The translations under genes were made by a program, and so were the position numbers. From positions 128,001-192,000 of the forward strand of contig JAEOTA010000018.1 of the NCBI GenBank assembly GCA_016840085.1: 64,000 nucleotides of DNA, written 5' to 3'. Positions within the stretch are counted from its first letter, which is position 1. The number at the start of each line of letters is the position of its first letter. Positions 41,151 to 50,241 of this stretch are shown here, in pieces. Under the pieces are notes generated by a model that saw only the letters and a program-made list of their open reading frames with translations, was not told where the DNA came from and did no database searches. This stretch comes from Promethearchaeota archaeon (GTDB lineage: Archaea > Asgardarchaeota > Lokiarchaeia > Sigyniarchaeales > SOKP01).

Positions 41151-41938
41151 TTAGTTCCCTCCTCGTCCGGCAACTTTAAAAGTTCTTCATGACGTCCATA
41201 TAAAATATCGATCTGTTCTATGAAGTTCTTTACTCGATCTGATTTGGGAGATGTTAAGATATTTTTAGGAGATCCTTGTTCTATAATAACTCCTCCATCG
41301 AGAAAGATCATTTCTGATGCAACTGCACTAGCAAATCCCATTTCATGAGTAACTACTACCATTGTTGTGCCCGCTTTAGCAATTTCCAGCATCACTTGAA
41401 GCACTTCTCCAATTAGTTCAGGATCCAAGGCAGAGGTCGGCTCATCAAATAATAATACATCAGGCTCCATAGCCAAGGCACGTGCAATACCCACTCTTTG
41501 TTGTTGGCCACCTGACAGTTCTGCAGGATAATGATCAGCCCATTCCACCATTTTAACACGCTTTAAAGTCTCTAATGCCTTTGATTGAGCTTCCTCCTTT
41601 TCCAATCCCTTCACTCGGCGCAGTCCGAGACTAACGTTATCAATCGCTTTGAGATGAGCAAATAAGTTAAAATGTTGGAATACCATCCCGATCTTCGATC
41701 GTATTATATTGAGATCGACTCCAGGTGCCATCAAATTCTGTCCAGAAAGAAACACCTTACCTTTATCAGGGGGACTCAACATATTGATGCAGCGAAGTAG
41801 TGTACTTTTACCACCGCCACTCGGTCCAAAAATGACTTTAACCTCTCGTTCCGCTAACTCGAATGATACTCCCTTAAGGACTTGCAAATCCTCATATGAT
41901 TTCCACACATTAATTATACGCAGTACAGGTTCAACTAT
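41147..41938 (-). CDS. Polar amino-acid ABC transporter ATPase (GlnQ-like)
   Basis: GPSGGGKST, GMVFQHFNLF, LSGGQQQRV, FDEPTSALDPE, VTHEM; first strand VLRIINV lies upstream of GTG 41908, so the start is probably ATA 41938. Confidence 0.93.
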   Translation of the reverse strand: MVEPVLRIINVWKSYEDLQVLKGVSFELAEREVKVIFGPSGGGKSTLLRCINMLSPPDKGKVFLSGQNLMAPGVDLNIIRSKIGMVFQHFNLFAHLKAIDNVSLGLRRVKGLEKEEAQSKALETLKRVKMVEWADHYPAELSGGQQQRVGIARALAMEPDVLLFDEPTSALDPELIGEVLQVMLEIAKAGTTMVVVTHEMGFASAVASEMIFLDGGVIIEQGSPKNILTSPKSDRVKNFIEQIDILYGRHEELLKLPDEEGTK

Positions 41939-41940
41939 AT

Positions 41941-42627
41941 CTAACCACCCCCCATTCCTAACTTTCCAAGTTTCTTGGTTTGTCGTTCACCAAAGATTCT
42001 AGTTACTGGATATGTAAACAAAAAGTATAGAATTGCGACCACTCCCATTGTAAGGGCCCAAAGTTGAGGGAAGTTTCCAGAGATATCTAAACCTGCTTTC
42101 GTCATCTCAACAATTCCAACCGCATATGCGAAAGATGAATCTTTGATGACTACCGCATACTCATTAGACCAACTAGGAACAGATAGTCGTAATGCTTGAG
42201 GAAAAACAACATGTCGGAAAGCTTGGAATCGGTTCATCCCCAGCGCACGAGCAGCCTCCATCTGCCCTGGATTCACTGATAAAATAGCCCCACGAAAAAT
42301 TTGAGACTGGTAGGCCCCACTACGAAGACCAAGTGCTAAGAATACACCAGCAAGAGGTCTAATTCCGCGTTCCATATACCAAAACAAACCCGGTATTCCG
42401 AATGCAAATATGAAGATCAGGACTAGGACTGGGATACCGCGGAATAGCTTTTCATAACCACTCGCTAACCAACCGAGTTCCTTACCGCCATAAACTCGCA
42501 TAAGTGCTAGCGATAGACCTAAAGCAAATCCCAATAATAAGCCTACGGCGGTAAGTATTAATGTTGCGGGTAAACCAGTTGTAAGAATATAAAAAAAAAT
42601 TGTGGGGAAATCGGGATTATCACTCAT
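41941..42627 (-). CDS. Polar amino-acid ABC transporter permease
   Basis: FRGIPVLV, AYQSQIFRGAI, GQMEAARALGM, IKDSS. Confidence 0.93.
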   Translation of the reverse strand: MSDNPDFPTIFFYILTTGLPATLILTAVGLLLGFALGLSLALMRVYGGKELGWLASGYEKLFRGIPVLVLIFIFAFGIPGLFWYMERGIRPLAGVFLALGLRSGAYQSQIFRGAILSVNPGQMEAARALGMNRFQAFRHVVFPQALRLSVPSWSNEYAVVIKDSSFAYAVGIVEMTKAGLDISGNFPQLWALTMGVVAILYFLFTYPVTRIFGERQTKKLGKLGMGGG

Positions 42628-43436
42628 TCAAACCACTTTGCGAGTAATTCATCCATCGTTCCATCGGCATAGGCTTCAAGGATGACTTTGTTGATCACTT
42701 CTAGCAATTCTGGTTCTTCCCAACGGCACCATAGCGCTGTAGGTTCAGCTGGTACTGTGAATACAGTCTTAAGGTTATGTATTTTGGAATAGACAGTAAA
42801 AACAGGCTCATCTACAAAGGCAGCATCGATAGCTCCACCCAATAGATCCTGAATTAGCGTGTCAGCTTTAGGGTATACTTTAAATTCCGTATCCTCAGTT
42901 AAACCAAGACCGCCATCTGCCACTGGATCACTTAACGTATAATATTGTGTTGTACCTGCTTGGCAGCCAACAAAATAATCTGCAAGATCCTCTACTTCAG
43001 TAATAGTAATGGTAGACGCTTCCTTGACCATGACCACTTCGTTTACACGAATGTAAGGAACAGAATGTGCGAGTTCTTTTGAGCGATCTGTTGTGACCAT
43101 CATTGCGGCAGCTATCATGTCAATTGTACCTGATTGACAAGCACCAATCAGTTCAGCAAACGCTATGTTTGTCATCGTAAGCTCAACACCAAGTTCATCT
43201 GCAATCATTTGTGATAATTCAACATCGAAACCACTCCACTTCTCTGTAGTTGTGTTATATAGTTCAAAGGGTGGCCAAGGTGCATCAGTTCCAACAATTA
43301 GTTCATCAGCATCTTGAATCTTCTCGACTGCCGTTTTACCTGGCGTTGGGGCAAATAATCCAGGTATAAACCATCCAACAACAAACCCTACTGCTAAGCA
43401 AGCTATCATCCCAATTATTGCCATTTCTCTTTTCAT
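42624..43436 (-). CDS. Polar amino-acid ABC transporter substrate-binding protein (family 3)
   Basis: N-terminal TM anchor, VGTDAPWPPFE, GFDVEL, GCQAGTT, IDAAFVD, KWF. Confidence 0.92.
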   Translation of the reverse strand: MKREMAIIGMIACLAVGFVVGWFIPGLFAPTPGKTAVEKIQDADELIVGTDAPWPPFELYNTTTEKWSGFDVELSQMIADELGVELTMTNIAFAELIGACQSGTIDMIAAAMMVTTDRSKELAHSVPYIRVNEVVMVKEASTITITEVEDLADYFVGCQAGTTQYYTLSDPVADGGLGLTEDTEFKVYPKADTLIQDLLGGAIDAAFVDEPVFTVYSKIHNLKTVFTVPAEPTALWCRWEEPELLEVINKVILEAYADGTMDELLAKWFE

Positions 43437-43736
43437 AAACTAATAACCTCTTTATTTTATTTTTAATAAATTCTATATTCCATTTTTAGTTTGATTTCTG
43501 ATGTGGATATATTTCATAAGTTAATATATAAAGCTTTCTATTCTTGAGTTGAAGATATGATTTATCATTATTACTCAGAAAGATATATATACCTATTTCT
43601 ACTTATGAGATAAGCTTTATTCGTGCATATGAATTTTATACAGTTATTTTATTTAATATTCTCGCAAAAAACTCTCTGAAAGATAATTATTTCATATAAA
43701 ATGTTTCAATATTATTTGTTTTTCATCACTAACGTT

Positions 43737-44309
43737 TTAAAATGGAGGAGTTGCTAAAAATTCATATAAGACATCCTCTTCTAAATTTAAGAGTAATGCA
43801 GGGGTGATTTCTTTAAATTTTATACCTTCTGTTTTTTTGATTAAAATTTCTTCATTTACTAGTCCTGTATTATACCAATGCTTTAGTAATCCTATTCTTT
43901 TTATTTTTGCCATGTTTAGAAGAGTATGCAAGAAATTCATCCAGTTATCTATCTCTTGATGAATCTCCATAGGAGTTTTTCTTAGAGCATTTTTATGTTG
44001 TTTTGAGCTAATTTTCCTCTTTATCCAATTATGTATCTGTTCTTCAGACCACTTCTTTTTTTTAAGCGTCCTAATTTTTTTTGATTTAAGTAATTTCTTA
44101 TATTCTTGCGAACAGTTTTGAGATCCTAAAACCGTATCACAGTCGCAATAGCTTTTTGTTGCTCTAAGATACAATTCATTGGTCCTCAATTGAGATTTTA
44201 CATTAACATTGTTAATAGGCGAAAAATCCATATCGAATTTGTTAAAATAAGATTTTAATTCTTCTAAATTAACTTCATTTGGTAAGGTCGCTGTAATGTA
44301 ATAACACAT
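43737..44309 (-). CDS. Hypothetical protein (MC...CDC possible metal site)
   Basis: 190-aa ORF with globular composition. Confidence 0.6.
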   Translation of the reverse strand: MCYYITATLPNEVNLEELKSYFNKFDMDFSPINNVNVKSQLRTNELYLRATKSYCDCDTVLGSQNCSQEYKKLLKSKKIRTLKKKKWSEEQIHNWIKRKISSKQHKNALRKTPMEIHQEIDNWMNFLHTLLNMAKIKRIGLLKHWYNTGLVNEEILIKKTEGIKFKEITPALLLNLEEDVLYEFLATPPF

Positions 44310-44390
44310 TTTAATCGCAGTACATTTGCCAAATTTTGTATTTCCTGAAAATATTAATATTAATTAAAAATAAGAAATGAAATAATAATT

Positions 44391-44762
44391 TTATTTTGTT
44401 TTTAGAACAAGAGTTATTGCTCTTGTAAGTCGGATGACATCCATAACTTTCCCCTTTTCTACAGTTATTTGTTCTCTACTAATTGCATGTGTAAAATCCC
44501 CCTTTCCTTCGCATATTCTTACGATGGCAAGGTTATCGCCAGACATAACGATCTCTGGTGAAGAAAATGTTCCTTGATTGACTTTTGCTTTCAGATCTTG
44601 TATCTCTACATAAAATGGATCTTCGTTATCTAAATTAAATTGAAATGTCATATCCCAATGTACTGGTTTACCGCCTATATCTGTTACAAATACTTGCTGA
44701 GCCTTAGGAAGCGTATTCATTTTTTCAACGATCCTTGTTAAATTTTCATATGCTATTCCCAA
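44391..44762 (-). CDS. SCP2 sterol/lipid-binding domain protein
   Basis: TFQFNL...FYVEI...V..G...PEIVM.G...I..G..D...A....ITV.G pattern; directly after thiolase-fold and DUF35 genes. Confidence 0.75.
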   Translation of the reverse strand: MGIAYENLTRIVEKMNTLPKAQQVFVTDIGGKPVHWDMTFQFNLDNEDPFYVEIQDLKAKVNQGTFSSPEIVMSGDNLAIVRICEGKGDFTHAISREQITVEKGKVMDVIRLTRAITLVLKTK

Positions 44763-44764
44763 TT

Positions 44765-45259
44765 TTATTCTCCTCCCTCATATTCAGGTTTATTTATCCA
44801 ATTTTCATATTCATCTTCAGGAACAAAGAAAAAATCAGTCATTTTTCCTTCTCTTTCTTTTTGAAACACAGCTCTCACTCTTTTTCCTTTTTTAATCTTT
44901 GAAGGCACTAAATTTTCTGAAAAAATTCCTTGTAATATAGCAGTATCTGCTCCTTCTAATTTAATGTATCCTACTGCATATGGAATATTTTTGATAAAAG
45001 CAGATGTTGTAAACCAAACTATCGTACTAACTTCAATTATTCCCGTTTTTTTCACTTCAATCCATTCGGCTGGTACATAGCAATCAGAGCAATTTATTCT
45101 CGGGGGCATCCATACTTTCCCGCAATTAGAACATTTTGTCCCCAATAACCTTTTACTTTTTATTAGCTCTTTGAAAAATTTGGATTGCCCACCCATTGTA
45201 TATTTATAATTAATTCTGATAACATCTCTTATTTCATGTGCTTGAAAGTTTTCTGTCAT
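44765..45259 (-). CDS. DUF35 zinc-ribbon/OB-fold protein
   Basis: LLGTKCSNCG...PPR..CSDC, PYAVGYIKLEGADT. Confidence 0.9.
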   Translation of the reverse strand: MTENFQAHEIRDVIRINYKYTMGGQSKFFKELIKSKRLLGTKCSNCGKVWMPPRINCSDCYVPAEWIEVKKTGIIEVSTIVWFTTSAFIKNIPYAVGYIKLEGADTAILQGIFSENLVPSKIKKGKRVRAVFQKEREGKMTDFFFVPEDEYENWINKPEYEGGE

Positions 45260-46503
45260 TTTTTCAATCCCTCCTCATTAGACATTACAATTATAGCAGC
45301 ATAAGCTGCCCCTGGACCTCCAATTGAATGTGAGATCGCTCTACCATTTTCGATTGTTTCAATTTGATGTTTACCAGCATCTTCACGTATTTGTAAAGCT
45401 GCTTCTCCCGTAGACATAATACCAGTTGCACCTACAGCGTGTCCACAACCTATTAAACCACCACATGGACAACATGGTAATTCTCCAGCCATCATTGGGC
45501 CTCCTTCTTCAATCCATTTCCCACCTTCTCCGAATGGAACAAAACCAAGTTCTTCGTATGAAATCACCTCCTGTCCACTAAAGGCATCATGAAGTTCAGC
45601 TACATCGATTTGTGATTTTATTTTTTTATAGTCCAATCCTGCCATCTTATAAGCAGCTTTTGCTGCATAAATATTCGAATATAATCTTCCCATATCTTCT
45701 CTATTTCCTATAAAACAATCAGTATTCGCTGCGCCAACCCCCGTTATCCAAATTGGTTTTTCAACTTTTAATTCCTTTACTTTTTCTTCACTTGCTAAAA
45801 TTAATGCAGCAGATGCTTCTGAATAAAGACAACAATCAAGCATCTTGAAAGGATAGCAGATAATTCTTGAATTCATTACATCCTCAACTGTTATTTCCAT
45901 TGGAGATTGAGCTTTAGGATTATTTATTGCATTTCCATGATTTTTTACAGATACGAGTGCCATTTGTTCTTCTGTTGGATTTCCAAATTCCTCAAAATGA
46001 GCATTCACCATACTTACATAAGAGCTTGCTGCCATCATTCCCATTGGATATTCGTAAGTCATATCAGCAGAGTATGCAATAGCATTAAGTACTTCAGGAG
46101 TAGTAGTTCCAGTTTGTTCATCATAGCAATCATTGCATTTCTCGACTCCTATACATAAACATAATTCTGACAATCCCGACGCTACTTCAGCATAAGCCAT
46201 CCTAACAGTATATCCTCCCGTTGCACCTCCCGTTGCTATGCGTGTTCCTGGTTTATTATTCATGCCTAAATAACTGTTTGTAAAAATATCTGGCATAAAT
46301 TGTCGCTCAAATAATTCATTATATATTCCGTAAACTGTTGATTGAAGGTCTTCATGAGTTATTTCGGCACCATTTTTATTAGAATCTTCTAGAGCAAGCT
46401 TAGTAGCATTAAATGCGAGCTCAAAATAAGTCTTATCTAAATAACGGGCTTTAAAGGGAGTAATTCCTATTCCAATTATTGCAACCTTTTTCATATTACT
46501 CAT
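45256..46503 (-). CDS. SCP2-type thiolase-fold protein lacking the nucleophilic Cys
   Basis: RIATGGATGG, VKNH.NA..NPKAQ, ELHDAF, GGLIGCGHAVGATG. Confidence 0.88.
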   Translation of the reverse strand: MSNMKKVAIIGIGITPFKARYLDKTYFELAFNATKLALEDSNKNGAEITHEDLQSTVYGIYNELFERQFMPDIFTNSYLGMNNKPGTRIATGGATGGYTVRMAYAEVASGLSELCLCIGVEKCNDCYDEQTGTTTPEVLNAIAYSADMTYEYPMGMMAASSYVSMVNAHFEEFGNPTEEQMALVSVKNHGNAINNPKAQSPMEITVEDVMNSRIICYPFKMLDCCLYSEASAALILASEEKVKELKVEKPIWITGVGAANTDCFIGNREDMGRLYSNIYAAKAAYKMAGLDYKKIKSQIDVAELHDAFSGQEVISYEELGFVPFGEGGKWIEEGGPMMAGELPCCPCGGLIGCGHAVGATGIMSTGEAALQIREDAGKHQIETIENGRAISHSIGGPGAAYAAIIVMSNEEGLKK

Positions 46504-46714
46504 TTTAGACTATAATTTAGATATTTTTGAATAAAGCAATATAATAATTTAGATTTAGTAAGTAATTAATTTTAGTTTTAGTTAATATTTTGAAGTTTAA
46601 AAACTAAAATTTATAGAATATTAGCTATCAATACCTTAATTCTAGAGGTACTTTTATTCCTAAGTTAGTTACGTTAAATACATGAGGAATTTGATAATTG
46701 CTATTACATATTAA

Positions 46715-47188
46715 TTACCAAAATTGAACAGAATAGAATGTAATCGTTGCAAAAATAATCCCACAAATAATAATTACCAAAAAGTCCAAATTTTTTATTT
46801 CAATATTCATATTACTCGCTAATCTTTTTTTAAAAATTAGAGTGATTAGAAAGGGTATAAGAAATATAAGACCATATGCTGCGAAAGTAGTTGGTTCATA
46901 TAATTGTTCAGGGACATTTCGATACAATCCAAAAAAGATCCAATCGAATATGATTGCCAATAATAGAAAGATTAAAGCTACGTATAGGCTTCCAATCCAA
47001 AATGATCCGTTTGAATATTTTTTTAAGCAGTAATACGAAGTAAGACCCCAAATGGTTGGTGCTAGAATAAGCATCATAATTATTCCAAATATTTCATTTA
47101 ATATCCAAGGTATCCATAAAACAGCATTTGAAAACCAATACGCAGAGATTCCAACTAAGAGCGTTAAAAATAACCAGTTCTTTCTCAT
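46715..47188 (-). CDS. Small membrane protein (about 5 TM)
   Basis: Hydrophobic segments; GGTGA upstream of ATG. Confidence 0.65.
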   Translation of the reverse strand: MRKNWLFLTLLVGISAYWFSNAVLWIPWILNEIFGIIMMLILAPTIWGLTSYYCLKKYSNGSFWIGSLYVALIFLLLAIIFDWIFFGLYRNVPEQLYEPTTFAAYGLIFLIPFLITLIFKKRLASNMNIEIKNLDFLVIIICGIIFATITFYSVQFW

Positions 47189-47269
47189 TTTCTCACCATT
47201 AATATTTAGAGATTTTTTAATTTTTTAACCTTAAGTTAAGTCTTTTAGCGACATTTAAGTTTAAAAACC

Positions 47270-48358
47270 TTATTTTTCAATAGGATATTTGCCATATTTT
47301 TCAATTGCTTCGGGGATGGCTAAAATATTTGGTATTGGAACACCCCATGGCAAACAACAAATTGGTCCACAGATATATCTCCCTGTGGGTGCTAGATTTA
47401 AAATATTCTCTTTGACTTTTTCTTTGACTTCTAATGCTGTTCCTGAGAACATCTCTCGACTAACATCAATGTTTGCACCCATTATAGTAATATTCGGGAA
47501 TTTTTTCTGAAATTGTATCCAATATTCAATATCTAGAGGATGAGAGCCATTTACAGCAATAAATTCAATTTGTTCACAAATTTCTTCGAAATAAGGACTC
47601 GTCCCGCAATTATGGAGAATAAAAGGAACTTTAATTTTATCTTGAAATTTTTTTATAAATTGTCCCTCGAATTGCATAGCATCTTGAAAAGACATCATAT
47701 GTCTATTAAACGCATAAGCAGGATAAAGAATAATACTACATGATCCTACTTCTTCAATCCATGCATTGTATGAATTAATTTGGCTTTCAAAAATCTTTTT
47801 ACAAAGCTTTAAGAGTAAATCAGGATTTTGCTTAATATCTCTATAAGCTTGAACCCCTCTTAATTCTTGCACAACAGACCATAGACCAAGTCCCATATTT
47901 TGTGGATATTTCGTTTTTTTTTGTATAATTTTCGCAGCTGCATAAGTAGTTTTCCATAATCCACTTTTTGTATGGTTTGGAATTTCTAATTTTTCAATAT
48001 CTTCTTCAGTTTTGCAGAGTTCTCCTTGTTTTATAGCTAACGGTTTGTAATCATACCATTCAATTAAGTCCATTCCATCATTTGCTTCAGCGAACGCATA
48101 AGCTTCTGCAGGACCTGCATAAGCAGAGGGTAACTGAATGGAATCAGCTCTAATGAACTCTGCGGACATTATCATAGATTTTGCATATAGTTTAGGTGAA
48201 CTTAACATTTCTTTTGCAGTTCTTCCTACTATACGTGTGGCAAATTGTTCATCAATAATAGGGAAAAATGGAACTTTATCAACTTTCTTTTTATATCCTG
48301 AAAGCGTATTCATCATCCTACTGGCAGATCTAACCCAATCATGTGGCATTTCATACAC
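47270..48358 (-). CDS. URO-D/MtaA-CmuA family methylcobamide methyltransferase (MT2-like)
   Basis: EAYAF, ELRG, Zn-ligand ILHNCG and C-terminal CCLP...P..NI; overlaps the corrinoid gene. Confidence 0.8.
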   Translation of the reverse strand: MYEMPHDWVRSASRMMNTLSGYKKKVDKVPFFPIIDEQFATRIVGRTAKEMLSSPKLYAKSMIMSAEFIRADSIQLPSAYAGPAEAYAFAEANDGMDLIEWYDYKPLAIKQGELCKTEEDIEKLEIPNHTKSGLWKTTYAAAKIIQKKTKYPQNMGLGLWSVVQELRGVQAYRDIKQNPDLLLKLCKKIFESQINSYNAWIEEVGSCSIILYPAYAFNRHMMSFQDAMQFEGQFIKKFQDKIKVPFILHNCGTSPYFEEICEQIEFIAVNGSHPLDIEYWIQFQKKFPNITIMGANIDVSREMFSGTALEVKEKVKENILNLAPTGRYICGPICCLPWGVPIPNILAIPEAIEKYGKYPIEK

Positions 48359-48995
48359 TCTCCATCATTTTTAAAATTTTTTGAATCCCTTCCCATCCAT
48401 CCTTAGCATAATCATCCGCTCCTATTATATCGCAAGATTCTTTTGATAAAATTCCTCCCCCGACAATTATTTTAGAAGATAAATTTTCTCGTTTTAAAAG
48501 ATTAACTGTTTCAACCATTTTAGAAATACTCATTGTGAGAAGACCACTTAAGCCAATTACCTTTGGGTTCACTTCTTTGGCCTTTTCAATAAATACTTTT
48601 GGAGATACATCAACACCTAAATCAATTACCTCAAATCCTTGCCCTTCCAATAACGCGATTACTAAGCTTTTTCCTATTTCGTGAATATCTCCTTCTACAG
48701 TTCCTATTAAAATCGTTCCTTTAAATTTTTTGTTTAAATCCTCTTTCAATTTAGGTTTTAAAATTTTCATTATGTGTTTCATTATATCAGCGGCAATTAA
48801 CATATCTGGAAGAAAAAATTCCCCGCTTTGATACAACTCTCCAATTTTTTCAGCAGCTTTAGCAATAACTTCTGTAAAAATTTGTTTTATACTAATATTA
48901 GATTTTAAAAGTTTTTGAAAGCCATCTAAAGCTTTTTGAGTCTCCCCATAAATAATAGATTGTTTTAAGGTGTCGATTCTTTCTTTATTATTCAT
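48351..48995 (-). CDS. Corrinoid (B12-binding) protein
   Basis: GELYQSGEFFLPDML cap, GTVEGDIHEIGK (DxHxxG), DLGVDV, SGLLT, VGGG, GADDY. Confidence 0.93.
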   Translation of the reverse strand: MNNKERIDTLKQSIIYGETQKALDGFQKLLKSNISIKQIFTEVIAKAAEKIGELYQSGEFFLPDMLIAADIMKHIMKILKPKLKEDLNKKFKGTILIGTVEGDIHEIGKSLVIALLEGQGFEVIDLGVDVSPKVFIEKAKEVNPKVIGLSGLLTMSISKMVETVNLLKRENLSSKIIVGGGILSKESCDIIGADDYAKDGWEGIQKILKMMESV

Positions 48996-49038
48996 AATTT
49001 ATTCTTATATCACTTTAAATTAAAAATTATTAATTAGT

Positions 49039-50112
49039 TTAAATTGATTTTTCAACTATTCTTAATTTGCTTTTCGCGCCAATCATATTAAACTCACTGG
49101 GGCTGATTTCAATGTCTTTGCCTGTTAAGGCATTCACGATTGTTGCTGTTAAAATGCCCCAAGGACAGATAGAGTTTTTCAACTCTTCCGGTTCCATATA
49201 AGAGCGAACTGTAGCTGTTGAACAATTGAAAGATTCCACAGTTAATTCATTTTCAGATATCCATTTTACTTTTAATTTCTCTGCCAAACCTATTTCAGTA
49301 AATTTCTTCATCGCAATTTCTAGAGCTTCATTTAGATTAAACTTTTTTAACTCATCTAGATCGAGCCCAATCTGTTCAGAATATCTTTCTAGAAATTCAT
49401 ATGTTTTAGGAAATACATATTTATATAAAACAGGCGTTCCAACTAATTCTTTTGCACTTCCCTCATATCCAAATGTAATTCCATGTAATATCATAGCAAC
49501 TCCATGAAGATTTGTTTGTTTTGTTGCTTCTCCATAAGTTTTGAATTTAAAAGCTTTTACTATTGCAAAAAGGATTAAGCCGATTAAAACTGAAAGAATT
49601 AACGACAATAGATAATTTGGTATTAATTCTGGTGTAGGAATCCCAACCGAAGGATTAACAAAAAAATAAAAATCAATATTACTAGTAAAATAAGCTAATG
49701 CCCATCCAGCAAATCCAATAGGCCCAAGAATCTTTCCATATTTATAAATAAAATCTTTTTTATATCTAGCAATTACAAACTTAATTGTAAATAAAAAAAA
49801 TGCAATGATCCCCCCAAGAAAAGTATGCCAAAAAATAGTTGTAATAAAAAAATCACTAAAACCATCCGGATTCAATCTTGGTATTACAGCAAAATAAATA
49901 CATAAAGCAGAAAGTAAATAAAAAGTGGTTGCAGCAATCCACCCAAACCTCTTATGTGCTTTAACTTCTAATAATGTTAATTCCTTTAAATCTCTAATAT
50001 ATGAAATCCCTATGAATGCATTAGCAAGGGCTAAGCCGAAGCCCACTGTTGAGAGATATATCATAAAGTGATTAAGAAATATCATTTGATCAAATGTTAA
50101 TTGAAATATCAT
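49039..50112 (-). CDS. Membrane protein: cytochrome b561-like TM domain fused to a V4R/MetOD1-like cytoplasmic domain
   Basis: About 5 TM with His at helix starts (NHF, AHKRFG, WHTFLG); C-terminal G..E.L.V.W..ENELTV...NC...ICPWG...A...A..G pattern. Confidence 0.6.
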   Translation of the reverse strand: MIFQLTFDQMIFLNHFMIYLSTVGFGLALANAFIGISYIRDLKELTLLEVKAHKRFGWIAATTFYLLSALCIYFAVIPRLNPDGFSDFFITTIFWHTFLGGIIAFFLFTIKFVIARYKKDFIYKYGKILGPIGFAGWALAYFTSNIDFYFFVNPSVGIPTPELIPNYLLSLILSVLIGLILFAIVKAFKFKTYGEATKQTNLHGVAMILHGITFGYEGSAKELVGTPVLYKYVFPKTYEFLERYSEQIGLDLDELKKFNLNEALEIAMKKFTEIGLAEKLKVKWISENELTVESFNCSTATVRSYMEPEELKNSICPWGILTATIVNALTGKDIEISPSEFNMIGAKSKLRIVEKSI

Positions 50113-50241
50113 TCTTTAATTTCACCTTAAGTTGATTTATTTTAAAAGAAAAATCTTTCAGTTATGGAATACTAATAAAAGAATATTTACCTATATACCA
50201 TTTTTATATATAAAATTAATGCTTAAGAGAAAAAACTAAAT

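Noticed and set aside
34560-47270. Recurrent AAGTTTAAAA near 34563, 46593 and 47257, a possible regulon operator
   Set aside because: On the minus strand it reads TTTTAAAC 70-95 nt upstream of genes, which is adequately explained as TATA boxes in AT-rich DNA.
47270-48995. Evidence for methylotrophic methanogenesis
   Set aside because: No mcr, mtr or MT1 genes are in the window; corrinoid/MT2 pairs and mtd/ftr are common in non-methanogens.
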